Shown here: positions 1 to 11,446 of the stretch, piece by piece
How the letters are laid out: every line of letters starts with the position of its first letter
Position numbering within the stretch: position 1 is the stretch's first letter
DNA from: Podarcis filfolensis
Taxonomy: Eukaryota
Length of the DNA: 64,000 nt
Direction: 5' to 3' (one strand)
Assembly (NCBI GenBank): GCA_964270895.1
Contig: OZ185435.1
The notes under the pieces: generated by a model
The model's input: only the letters and a program-made list of their open reading frames with translations
Database searches by the model: none
Told to the model about the DNA's origin: nothing
Program-made: the position numbers and the translations under genes

Positions 1-201
1 AACTGCTAAGGAGAAACTGCTAGCCACATAAAGGCAGGCCAGGGACCCTGCAGGAACTCTCCACCTCCTATCATCCCCAGTTGCACATATAGAATGCCCT
101 CATATGTGATCTAAAGGTTCTTGAGATGGGCAAATTAAGTATCACCTCCTTTGATGGGCTCTGGGGATAAGATGGAAGCCGGGTCACGGCGGACAACTCA
201 C

Positions 202-311
202 CTGTCTCTTCTTCCAGGTAGCTGCGCAAGGTCACCTTCCCAGAAGGGCTGGCACCCAGGGTCACCTCAGCCTGTGTCAATGGAAAATGCACCACAGCAT
301 CCACCAATAAC
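202..311 (-). CDS. RAD9A: RAD9A coding exon 6 (LLVDAVVHFPLTQAEVTLGASPSGKVTLRSYLEEET + 1 nt); later exons lie off the left edge
   Basis: 110 nt with a long polypyrimidine tract ending ctatttcag and donor CAG|GTGAGT. Frame is continuous with exon 5. Human equivalent is [36 protein letters not shown]. Confidence 0.95.
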
Positions 312-627
312 CTGAAATAGATGAAGGAGGGGCAGAGAAAGGGGCTGAGAGGGGGAAGTGGCTTTCATGGCTGAACATCCCCACTTTCCTTCTGCATATA
401 ATACTCTTTGCCTTAATTAAAGAACCATGGCACAGCATCAGCCCACACAAAGCATCCGTTGATTCTCAGACCCATCGGCACCCCATGTTCCTCATTCCTT
501 CCACGCTGCAGTTGATGCATCTTTAGTATAAGTAGACCGGTCTATGCACATCAATTGGAAGAACCTTCATCCATCCCATTCCCTTCTACGTATACTGCAA
601 TCTCTCTCAACCATACCATGGTCCCAC

Positions 628-727
628 CTGGGAGGGGCATGAAGAGCATGAGCGCACTGCCCTGTGTCAAAGACTGCCTGCAGGGATTCACAGTCCTGGA
701 ATGACAAGTCATGGGTCTTGATGACAC
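628..727 (-). CDS. RAD9A: RAD9A coding exon 5 ((G)[32 protein letters not shown](R))
   Basis: 100 nt between acceptor tatgtctctgcag and donor CAG|[20 protein letters not shown] is identical to human RAD9A. Confidence 0.97.
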
Positions 728-920
728 CTGCAGAGACATAGATAAAGAGTGTCACAGTGGGAAATGGCTCCAGGGCATTCTGTCTCCCGGAAGACTCTGA
801 GCAACGCAAGGAGCAGACATAAGGAGAAGGCAGCAATGGTCTACCCCACCCAAGGCCTAAAATGGAAAAGAGCAGCAGCCACCAGACATTGGGGATGGAG
901 GAAAAACTCTAATGAAGTAT

Positions 921-922
921 TT

Positions 923-978
<56 letters not shown>

Positions 979-980
979 TC
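921..980 (+). repeat. (TTTC)15 microsatellite in a RAD9A intron
   Basis: Perfect tetranucleotide run. Confidence 0.98.
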
Positions 981-2162
981 GAAATACTTTTTAAAGCCTT
1001 GTTTTAAAATGGAATTGTTACAGCCAGTTCATGTTGCTACAAATCTTTAGATTCAAGATGCATAGATAGTGACTGGATTACTGCACGAGCAACACCTGTC
1101 GCTGGAAAAGTGCTTTTGATTGTTGCAGAATGCCAAGACACCTTCAGGTTAAATGTCCCAATCTGGAAGTGTGCCAGGCACACCGCTCCTGTAGGGTGGA
1201 AGCAAAGCTTTCACACAGCACAGCCTCCATCTCCTCTTGCTTCTCATGCATCTCTAGGAGTCTTGGTTGACCATCTTCTGCATTAAGTGAAATGGGCTGA
1301 TCAGTGGTTGAACCACCAAATTGCCGTGTGAAAGAATGGAGAAGTGAAAGAACTGAGAAGCTTGTTTCTATTCATACGAACCTTTCTTTTTCCCATGAAA
1401 TTTAAAGCAAAAGTGCAGAGGGATTTCAAATGAGGATTCTGATTAAATGAAATAAGCTTATGCTAGTGTTTTCAATGGAAATGCTGTTTACTGGGATAGA
1501 GAAAGATAAAAGCAGATACAATAAAAGAAGCACAAATGAAGCTAGAATTAGTGGGCTTTGCCTACCATTGGCTCTGGCTTCTCTTCCTGCTGGCCTCTCT
1601 GCCTTCTGGCCTGCCAGTCTCAACGGGCACTAGCCACCACTGGTGAGAACCCTCACATTTGGGAGACATCAGTCACCGCTGTGTCCCTACCCTCTGCCCC
1701 CATTAGAACAGGACCATGATCTTCACTTATGCTTTTTTGCAGAAACCAGCTAGGATCCTTACTCAGGGTTGTGAATTCTCTGCATCTCTTTGCTCCTCAG
1801 GATTAAGCGAGGCAGAGGGCTTATGACTCACAAAACTGATCTTCACTGCATTCTCACTTCCTTGATTGCTCCCTTTCTTGGTTGTATTATTTTCTCCCCA
1901 TGCATTTGGAACATCCCATGGCCCTGTCTCCTAACTCAGTATCGGCAGCCTGAGGGACTGCACTGGAGATGGCACTCAAGGCCACACTTTCAGCCATATT
2001 TACCCCTACCATATTAGCTGTGATTCCTGCACTGCAAGGGGGTTAGACTAAAGGACCCATTGGGTCCCTTCCCAGACTACATTTCAAGGATTCTACATCT
2101 TCCAGGGTATCACTCTGCACACCCAAGTAGGGTTCCTCCTCTTCCCCACCCCCAACGCTCAC

Positions 2163-2277
2163 CATATTTGCAGTACAGCTTCACACGGAACCGGCTAGCG
2201 TGGGAACTGAGCGAGATGAGGCATTTCTCCACCGTCTTCTCCAGTGAGGGGAGTGAGCGGAAGATAGCCAGGAAAGA
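2163..2277 (-). CDS. RAD9A: RAD9A coding exon 4 (SFLAIFRSLPSLEKTVEKCLISLSSHASRFRVKLYCKY + 1 nt)
   Basis: 115 nt between acceptor ctccctccag and donor ATG|GTGAGC. Human equivalent is SFLSVFRSLAMLEKTVEKCCISL. Confidence 0.97.
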
Positions 2278-2343
2278 CTGGAGGGAACGAGAAGGAAAGC
2301 CAGAGTTCTGTGCATGTGGTTTCCTCAAAAGGGAAAGCCAGGA

Positions 2344-2540
2344 CCAGTGTGGGGCAGTGGTTAGTGTCTGACTAGGCTTGGGGAGACTCAGGTTCATATC
2401 TCCACTTAGCTTCAATGTGTCATCTTGGGCCAGACACTATCTCTAGGCTTATTCTACCTCACAGGTTTGTCATGAGGATAAAACGGAGGGGAAACAGAGA
2501 CCACCTATGCCACAGAGAGGAAAGATGGGATATAATGAAT
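2344..2540 (+). mobile_element. MIR/Ther1-derived SINE (Squam3-like)
   Basis: tRNA-like head cagtgtggggcagtggttagtgt...ggttcatatctcc, CORE-like cttgggccag...acctcacagg, L2-like tail gatgggatata. Related minus-strand copies at about 10730-10920 and 60350-60580. Confidence 0.75.
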
Positions 2541-3524
2541 GTAATGAAGAAGAAAAAAACACTCTACTGCTGAAACCACTAACTTTGTCTCAGAGAACTG
2601 AGCTGGGGTGCTCTGATTCTGGCAGAGTTACTTCCAGGAGCAGTAAAAACAATTCAGTTTTGAAAGTCTGCACAAATACTGCTTTCTTGCCACTTAGTTG
2701 AGCAACAATTGGGAAGTGCAATGACCTTAATGTGAGCTGCAGATGGAGCTTGGAAGGCATTCGTTTCTTTAAGCCTTGGAAAGTATTTGTGGCAATCAAC
2801 AGAGGGTGCACAGAGGGTGAAAAATCACAGTGGCTTATAAAAAAACCTGTATATTGAAAGCTCTCCTCCACCCTGAAACACACAGACACCAAAAACATTC
2901 TTTTACCTATCCTTGCACTGCTGAATCAGGCCAAGAATCCATCCAAAGCAGCGTTCCAATGACCATGGTCATCTAGATGCTTCTGAGAAGCTAGCAAGCA
3001 GGGCATTAAGGCAATGTCCTTTAGTTTTTTTCCCTTAGCATTGTTACTCAGAGGTATATTGCTCCTCAACCTGGAAGTTCCATTCAGCATCATGTCTAAT
3101 ACTTACTGAGACACCTATTACTTCACCATCTTATCAGAACAGAACTCAGGGAGATGGAAAATCCTTGACTTGGAAGGATCTATGCAGCACAATATGGAAC
3201 ACATTTCAACCACTCAGCCCACTGAGTGCCTGCTGCTTTGCTTAAAAAAACAATAGTGCATGTGAAAAAAATAACTAAATGTCAGAATTCCTTAGCCAAG
3301 CCTCTTCTCTGACATGCCATTTTTGCAACTATGCAGTGATTTTTCATCACTATCACCTGCAGTACAAAGTGGTTCAAATGGGGTGTTTGTGCAGACCAGG
3401 CCATCATTGGTGCTTGCAAAGAGAACTATAGGCAACAAGTATCAGATTGGAGTTCATTGGTCTTCTGATAAAAGCCTGCATTGCCCCATTCTGACCTTTC
3501 AACAGCCCCATGTGGGCCCCTCAC

Positions 3525-3665
3525 CTTCATGAGCACTTTGCACCGGAAACCACCTGCATCCAAGTCAGATTCCGATTCCCCTGGCTGGTAGAACTGGAAG
3601 AAGAGCGGGGCAAACAGGAAGCAGGCGTAGGCCGAGCGGGACGCATTGACCGTACGCAAGGAGAG
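3525..3665 (-). CDS. RAD9A: RAD9A coding exon 3 ([47 protein letters not shown])
   Basis: 141 nt, phase 0/0, between acceptor tgtttccccag and donor AAG|[22 protein letters not shown] is identical to human RAD9A. Confidence 0.98.
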
Positions 3666-4171
3666 CTGGGGAAACAAGGGTGGGAAGTGTTATTAACTCC
3701 ATCATTGTCACAGAGAAGATTCCCCACACCCCTCTTAGCTTCTTTGTCCTTGTCCTAAGTAGTTCAAATCCTGCTTTCTAAAGACACAGCATTGCTGCCT
3801 CCAAAACAGGACAAACCTGCATCATCAAACAGCTCCCAGCACATACAACATGCTGATCAATGAGACAGCTGCAATGGCTTAGGCCAGAGGAACCTGTGGC
3901 TCTCTGGATGCTGAGGGACTACAACCCCCATCTTCCCTGACCCCTGGATGTGCTGGCCAGGACAAGTGGGAGCTGGCAGTCCAAGGCCGCATACCCCATC
4001 CCCAGCCATGCAGAGTGATGCAATACCAGGATAGTGTTGCTGCTCTGCAACAGAGACTCCCCTCATTTAGCTCGCAGATGATGTCTCACTGATAAACGTT
4101 CCATTCTGAGAGTTATAAGCAATAAACACACTAGACAGACCCTCCCTACACCTCCCAGCCTGTCACCTTAC

Positions 4172-4242
4172 CCCTTCTTGAAGAGGCTCAATGTAGATTT
4201 CATCTCCGACACGGGAAAGAGAGTGCACCGCTTTCCCCAGGG
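4172..4242 (-). CDS. RAD9A: RAD9A coding exon 2 ((A)[23 protein letters not shown])
   Basis: 71 nt between acceptor ttttgtctcttgtgcag and donor GGG|GTAAGG. Human equivalent is [24 protein letters not shown]. Confidence 0.97.
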
Positions 4243-4482
4243 CTGCACAAGAGACAAAAGAACACTGAGAAGGTATGGATCAACATAAGCCTCTTCCGAT
4301 GTCTGATCTTGCATTCCACCTCAGCCTGCCTCTTTGTGCAGGCTGAGACCATCCCCTGCAGAATCCCTCTTCTATTAAATAACCACCTGGGTCTATTATT
4401 TACTCAGAAGCCCCAGACATGCCAAAACACGTGTCATTCTTCTCATGTCACACTCCCATACAGGTATCATAACCCCACCCTC

Positions 4483-4532
4483 CACACACACACAAACGCA
4501 CACACAAACACACACACACACACACACACACA
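4483..4532 (+). repeat. Imperfect (CA)n microsatellite
   Basis: Read directly from the sequence. Confidence 0.95.
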
Positions 4533-4828
4533 GAGGCTATCGTCTCATCAGGAAAGTCCCCTTATAACAGGGGTAGAGAAGCTGTAGTTCATGTGTTGCT
4601 GGACTACAACTCCCATCATCCCTGACAGATGGCCTTGCTGGTTCTGATGGGAACTGAAGTCCAGCTAGAGAATGACAGGTTCCCTACTCCTGCTTTCACA
4701 GGTTTAGAAGCTCATTTCAGGAGGCTTCCCTTCTTCCTGTAACCATACAGGAAGCCCCTTTCCTGGTCAAACATAAAGCAATAGTCAACTTTGCCCACCC
4801 CAAATCCAAATAGTTAATCTTGCCTCAC

Positions 4829-4862
4829 CTTTCACATTGCCCCCAGTAATTGTGCACTTCAT
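4829..4862 (-). CDS. RAD9A: RAD9A checkpoint clamp component, first coding exon (MKCTITGGNVK + 1 nt)
   Basis: Minus strand reads ATG AAG TGC ACA ATT ACT GGG GGC AAT GTG AAA G|GTGAGG. Matches the human RAD9A N-terminus MKCLVTGGNVK. Its phase-1 end fits the next exon. Confidence 0.95.
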
Positions 4863-5000
4863 GCCAAGGCAGAGAAGCCTCAAAGTTCCCCCACACCAGA
4901 CACAAGGTGGGGGGAACTAAACATCCGGTGTATTCACCAAGTACACTGTGGCCAGCTCTGTTTTCTAATGGAAGGAACTCCCCAGAACTCCAAGTAGATG
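4863..5000 (-). other. RAD9A: Predicted 5' UTR part of the RAD9A ATG-containing exon
   Basis: A strong acceptor ccttctctttctcctcacccctcag ends at 5001 on the minus strand. No CpG island lies at the ATG itself, so an upstream non-coding exon is implied. Confidence 0.6.
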
Positions 5001-6699
5001 CTGAGGGGTGAGGAGAAAGAGAAGGTATATGTACACATACATCACAAATACATTGTTACAACTAACCATTTCTTAGACTGCTTCTACAGACCAAGGATAA
5101 GCTCCACTAGTATTGTGATCATCAGAACACTTTGAAATCAAGTATAACCCATTGCGACTGGAGTTTTCATTTCCTATTTTTTCCAGTTGCCTTCCAAAGC
5201 AAAGTTCTAATCTAATAGTTTGTAAATAAATAAATAAATAAATAAATCTATCATTTTCTGACACAGACGTATTGTAAGATCCCCAATAGGTTACAAATTC
5301 ATTCCCCCTCTACCCCATTAACATAAAAGTTAAATGAGGCATACTTTTAAAGGGTTTATAGGAACTATAAGTAGAATTTAAATTGCACGGCTGGAGGATT
5401 TGGATTGCACTATGCCATTCTGAAAATTAAAACCATCTCCCCCAGAAGGTGCTATTTGCCCTATGAGGGAAAATATACAGCCTTAGCACAGCACGCGAAC
5501 AGGCAGCTCAGCTCGGGGGCGGCTCAGGGGCCGGTCAAACGACCTCCACCTGCCGCTTCTGGCCCATGGGCCTTAGATTGGTGACCCCTGGTTTAATCTT
5601 TTCTTACCTATGCCCCTGCTTGTGTTGCTCACCATCCCAGTTAACCCCTCCCCTTTACAACTCACCCTGTCCCTCCTTCTTCCTTTACAGTTCACCCAGG
5701 TCCCATCCCCTCACACCTTGCACTTCAAACTTTCTCCCCTCCCTGCCCAGCACCACCAGTGGTGATGATGATGACGACTACGAAAGAGAGATCTTGGCTG
5801 CTGTTTTCTCTCCTTCCCAGATCAGCAGCCAGTGTTCTCCTTTGCTCCCCGTCCCACTGCCAGCATCATGACAGTCTTTTATTGCATGCTAAAAGCTTTG
5901 TGGGCCAAGGAGGGGCAGGGGGGCAGCTGCCCCCCCCCCAAATCCTGGCTATGTCCATGTGGACTTTGCAAGGAGTCATTCCTTTTGCATGGCAGCACCT
6001 GTACATTAGAAGTGCCAATTCTGAAGATCAAAGGAATGCAAGGAATGCAGTTCACACATACTGGGTAAGTAAACTGATCTGAAGGCCTTATGGGCTTTAT
6101 ATACCAAGAACAGCATCTTGAACTCAGCCCAGTACTGAACTGTCCAAAGTTTGCAAAAGGCACTCCTAGCCACTGAGGCCCCCAGTGACAGGGGGTTGGA
6201 CTAGATGACCCTCAGGGTCCCTTCCACCTCTACAATTCTATGACAAAGTCGGATCCAGGAGCACTCCAAGCTTGAGTGCTTTTCATTGATGCAGCAAAAT
6301 GCCTAGAAAAGATACTGAGAAGTAGATTTGTCAGTCCATTCACCTAGCAACTGGCTTAACACTTTCGAGAAACCTCTCTGCGTTGGCAACTGTGCATGGG
6401 AACAAACAGTGTTCCTTAGGCAGACTGATTTGGCCCTGGGGGTGCGGGGGTAACAGTTTCAAGAGCGCGTGCAAGAGGGGAAGGGTTCTTTTCCCTGGAC
6501 AAAGTAAGAGCGCCTCAGGACAGAAGCTGCACCTGGTGACCTTGCCACACGGCGCGTTCCAGAGGCACAGGCACATTCCAGAAGGGTCGACGTTGGCAAC
6601 CCAAAGCTGGAGGAAGGAAATGCCTCATCGGAGCTCCCAAGAACGCCTTGGGATACCGACAGAAGCACGTCTTTAACGGTTGATTCCCAACCCCCTACG

Positions 6700-7460
6700 G
6701 CGGCCTCAAGCGCCCTTAGGCACGCGGCCGGTTGCTTTAAGGAACTAGCGGCCGGGCTACAGCCGCCCCCCCCCCCCGTCTTCCCTACAGGAGGCTCCTC
6801 TTACCTCCCCACCAAACCAAAGTTCCGAACTCGCGCTCTCAGGCCGCCCACCTCCGCGCGCCCCACGCTGCCTTCTCATTGGACAGCATAGCTGTCATCT
6901 TCTAGGAGAGCAGAACGCAAGCACGGGCGGGTCGGGGCAAATGATCGAACCCTACTTCCGTTAATGTGATCCAACAAGAACGGAGGAAGCAGGCTCACGC
7001 TCCTCCCAGTCGGCGAAGGTGGGACTGGGCTCTCGCGTAGCATCCTCTGGAAGCCCCGCCCCCGCTTCAGCCTCTCGCACCGCCTTCTTCTAGGAAGGCG
7101 GGAGGAATGGAGACGAGCGCAACTGCGCACGCGCTATGTTAAGACGATGCCGGAGCGACGATGTGCTCCTGCATCAGTTAATGCAGCCGGGTGGGGGCGC
7201 TTGGTGTGAGGAGGCGGCTTACATACGGATCTTTCCTTGCAGTCCAAATGCGCTTCTGTCGCCTTCCTGCCGCGCTGCACCGAGTTGTCCTTCTCGCTCC
7301 CAGAGCTAGCAGTTGTTCTTGCCCTTCGTGGTTGTGTTTTCCTGCCATGTTTGGACCGGGAGGGCCTTTAAGACAGCCGAGCATTCATAGGCTGCGCTTG
7401 ACAGTGCGGACTCTTCGGGAACTATTGCGCCCTCGACTCTTCCCTGCCGTTTCCTCTTGG
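6700..7460. promoter_or_regulatory. CpG-island promoter of RAD9A
   Basis: Dense CpG. CCAAT box (attgg 6878-6882), ETS core acttccg (6954-6960), GC box gccccgccccc (7053-7063), NRF1-type tgcgcacgcgc (7124-7134). Confidence 0.8.
6805..6860 (-). other. RAD9A: Predicted non-coding first exon of RAD9A (5' end approximate)
   Basis: Consensus donor GAG|GTAAGA at 6804-6799, inside the CpG island and just downstream of the promoter motifs. Confidence 0.55.
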
Positions 7461-7504
7461 GCTTCCAAGCCCTGTTCCAGGGGCAGATTCCTTTTTTAAA
7501 AAAA

Positions 7505-7950
7505 CAAAACACCTTTTTTATTCAAAATTAAAACATATTATCCATATCATCCTTATTTCCCCCCCATTTTTCTTCCCTCCCCCCACCCACAAAACCCACC
7601 CACCGGCTTCCCTTAGTTCCAGTCTTTGATTTCTCTAAGAATGTTGTTTTCTGCATGTTACACAGTTGTATAGATCCTCAAACTATTTAGCTGATTGTTA
7701 ATAGAAAAGTTTGTGAATGTTTATTCAAAGCCAGCCAAGGAGTCCAGTTCACTTTGTTGCGTCTTCAAATACTTTGTAAAGGGTTCCCATTCATCTTTAA
7801 AGTCAGTTATCCTTGTCCCGTAGCTTATATGTCAATTTTGCCAGTTCTGCATAGTCCATCATTTTTTCTTGCCATGATTCTTTAGTCGGGGTTTTTTCAG
7901 TCTTCCATCCTTGTGCTATTAGAACTCTCGCAGCCGTTGTCGCATACATG
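7505..7950 (-). mobile_element. L1 LINE 3' fragment (ORF2 C-terminus plus 3' UTR)
   Basis: Minus strand translates to FMYATTAARVLIAQGWKTEKTPTKESWQEKMMDYAELAKLT, then after a 1-nt shift FKDEWEPFTKYLK...LAGFE*. This is typical squamate L1 ORF2 C-terminus, and the AATAAA/A-rich end is near 7517. Confidence 0.85.
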
Positions 7951-8439
7951 AATCCGGGGCTGATTCTGACCTATAATGTTTTGCATGGTCTGGGCCTCCA
8001 GCACCAGAAAGGATGCACATCTTTCTTTAGGTATTTGGGTCCCAGCTATTTCTATGCTAGTACACTTTGACGAAATGTCACGTAGAAAGGGTAGCATAGG
8101 TAGAACTATTTCATCTCTAACACAGCTGCTGAAGAAATCTGGAATAAATAACAAAACAACCCCTGGAGATGACTGAGCATTCATCCTGATTTGCTTTACA
8201 CAAAGCTAATGTGGGGGTTCTATTATATCCAGTCTAAATAGAGCATTCATTCTGATTTGTTTGTGGGGCTACTACATGACCATCCGCATTCATATACTCA
8301 TTTGCTTGTGGGGTGTTTAGACGTCTTCCTGTAATTTGTTCATCTCACACTGCATTCTCCTATCGTTTTCTAAACATCAAGAATTTTTTAAGGTGGATTG
8401 GTTGTGTTAGGGCAAGCAAGTGCTTAAATCCCATTTAAA

Positions 8440-10451
8440 CACCAATGAGACGGAAACATGGAAGGTGCCTAAAGAAGCCAGGGTGGCTATCTAAAGAACT
8501 TTTAACTGAGTTAAGATTAAAAAAGGATGTGTACAAAAAATGGAAAAGGGGGGAAACCACCAAAGAGGAATTCAAACAAATAGCCAGCACGTGTAGACAC
8601 AAAGTCAGAAAAGCTAAAGCACAGAATGAACTCAGGCTTGCTAGAGAGGTTAAAAGCAACAAAAAAGGCTTTTATGGGTATGTTCGTAGCAAAAGGAAGA
8701 ACAAAGAAACAGTGGGGTCACTCAGAGGAGAAGATGGTGAAATGCAAACAGGGGACACAGAAAGGGCTGAACTCCTCAATGCCTTCTTTGCCTCAGTCTT
8801 CTCCGATAAAGAAAACAATGCCCGACCTGAAGAATTTGGAGCAAATGATTCAGCAGAGGAAACACAGCCCAGAATAACTAAGGAGATAGTACAAGAATAC
8901 TTGGCTAGTTTAGATGTATTCAAGTCTCCAGGGCCAGATGAACTGCATCCAAGAGTATTAAAAGAACTGGCAGATGTGATCTTAGAACCACTGGCAGTCA
9001 TCTTTGAGAATTCCTGGAGAACAGGCGAAGTCCCGACAGACTGGAGGAGGGCAAATGTTGTCCCTATTTTCAAAAAGGGGAAAAGAGAGGACCCAAATAA
9101 TTACCGCCCAGTCAGTCTGACATCAATACCAGGGAAGATTCTGGAGCAGATCATTAAGCAAACAGTCTGTGAGCACCTAGAAAGGAATCCTGTGATCACC
9201 AATAGTCAGCATGGATTTCTGAAAAATAAGTCATGTCAGACTAACCTGATCTCGTTTTTTGACAGAATTACAAGCCTGGTAGATGAAGGGAACGCAGTGG
9301 ATGTAGCCTACCTTGATCTCAGCAAGGCATGTGACAAGGTGCCCCATGATATTCTTGTAAAGAAGCTGGTAAAATGCGGTCTTGACTATGCTACCACTCA
9401 GTGGATTTGTAACTGGCTGACTGACCGAACCCAAAGGGTGCTCATCAATGGTTCCTCTTCATCCTGGAGAAGAGTGACTAGTGGGGTGCCACAGGGTTCT
9501 GTCTTGGGCCCGGTCTTATTCAACATCTTTATCAACGACTTGGATGATGGACTCAAGGGCATCCTGATCAAATTTGCAGATGACACCAGACTGGGAGGGG
9601 TGGCTAACACCCCAGAGGACACTTCACTTCACACTTCAAAACGACCTTGACAGATTAGAGAACTGGGCCAAAACAAACAAGATGAATTTTAACAGGGAGA
9701 AATGTAAAGTATTGCACTTGGGCAAAAAAATGAGAGGCACAAATACAAGATGGGTGACACCTGGCTTGAGAGCAGTACATGTGAAAAGGATCTAGGAGTC
9801 TTGGTTGACCACAAACTTGACATGAGCCAACAGTGTGACGCGGCAGCTAAAAAAGCCAATGCAATTCTGGGCTGCATCAATAGGAGTATAGCATCTAGAT
9901 CAAGGGAAGTAATAGTGCCACTGTATTCTGCTCTGGTCAGACCTCACCTGGAGTACTGTGTCCAGTTCTGGGCACCACAGTTCAAGAAGGACACTGACAA
10001 ACTGGAACGTATCCAGAGGAGGGCAACCAAAATGGTCAAAGGCCTGGAAACGATGCCTTATGAGGAACGGCAAGGGAGCTGGGCATGTTTAGCCTGGAGA
10101 AGAGGAGGTTAAGGGGTGATATGATAGCCATGTTCAAATATATAAAAGGATGTCACATAGAGGAGGGAGAAAGGTTGTTTTCTGATGCTCCAGAGAAGCG
10201 GACACGGAGCAATGGTTCCAAATTACAAGAAAGAAGATTCCACCTAAACATTAGGAAGAACTTCCTGACAGTAAGAGCTGTTCGACAGTGGAATTTGCTG
10301 CCAAGGAGTGTGGTGGAGTCTCCTTCTTTGGAGGTCTTTAAGCAGAGGCTTGACAACCATATGTCAGGAGTGCTCTGATGGTGTTTCCTGCTTGGCAGGG
10401 GGTTGGACTCGATGGCCCTTGTGGTCTCTTCCAACTCTATGATTCTATGAT
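8440..10451 (+). mobile_element. CR1 LINE, 5'-truncated, with ORF2 reverse transcriptase region broken by 3 frameshifts
   Basis: ORFs 8445-9650, 9574-9795, 9750-10112 and 10085-10378 tile the CR1 ORF2 ([58 protein letters not shown]). The 3' end has the CR1 hairpin and the ctatgattctatga tail. Confidence 0.98.
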
Positions 10452-11220
10452 ATTGTGGTATGCACTTGCAGCCTTCCTATAAAATACAGTCTGGAGGGAC
10501 CCAGACTTCCTCATGCAGTTGCTTATTTATTTATTGACATTATCCCTAGTTTCATAAAGACAAAGCACTAGGTGGCTCTAAATTAGAGGCAAGATTTTAC
10601 ATTGAGTTTTGCATGAGCTCACATACCACTTTGCCCTGGGCAAACTGCAGGGAGAGCATGGAGGCCCTCTACCCCCCCCCCCGTCCCAACATTTCACTTC
10701 CTTTCTGTCCTGGAGCGCTTTGCTTAGTTCTGTTATTTATTACATTTATATCCCACCTTTCCTCCAAGGAGCAAAAAGTGGCGTACTTGCTTTTCCCTCT
10801 ACCCATTTTATCATCACAACCAACCCTGTGAGGTATGTTAGACTGAGATACAGTGACTGGCCCAAGGTGAGGACTAGAACCCTGATTTCCCAGGCCCTAG
10901 TCCAACATTATAACCACATCTTCACATTAGTTCTCATTATACAACCCTTAAGTGAATAAGATGTGTAAGGACCACTATGTACAAAGTTACAAGGAAAGCC
11001 ATGTGACCACCTGAAATTACCATACATCTGAACTTGAAACTGAGAGTGTTTTGTTCAAATAAGATTTATGAGGACAAGTGGGCCTGAGAGAGAGATTAAG
11101 GTTGCAATCCTATGAACGTGTATTTGACAGAAAGTCCCTTCTAAAAAGGCATACAAAGGATTGCATTCAAGCTTTTTTTTCTTAGCTGAAGTATTAGCAC
11201 CAGTATTCAACATTTCAATA

Positions 11221-11446
11221 CAGTGGTACCTCGGGTTACAGACGCTTCAGGTTACAGACTCCACTAACCCAGAAATAGTACCTCGGGTTAAGAACTTTGC
11301 TTCAGGATGAGAACAGAAATCACGTGGCGGTGACGCAGCAGCAGCGGGAGGCCCCATTAGCTAAAGTGGTACCTCAGGTTAAGAACAGTTTCAGGTTAAG
11401 AACGGACCTCCAGAACGAATTAAGTTCTTAACCCGAGGTACCACTT
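11221..11446. mobile_element. Tc1/mariner (Tigger/pogo-like) MITE
   Basis: TIR cagtggtacctcgggtta ... taacccgaggtaccactt, flanked by TA on both sides. Confidence 0.9.

Noticed and set aside
71-307. 78-aa ORF as a terminal exon or stand-alone gene
   Set aside because: Only 202-311 is RAD9A exon 6. The rest is read-through past a consensus GTGAGT donor.
8175-8313. CRISPR-like repeat-spacer array
   Set aside because: Vertebrate DNA, degenerate units, only 2-3 per locus with irregular spacing, and no cas genes.
8445-9650. 401-aa ORF as a host gene or active retrotransposon
   Set aside because: It is CR1 ORF2, 5'-truncated with no endonuclease and with three frameshifts.
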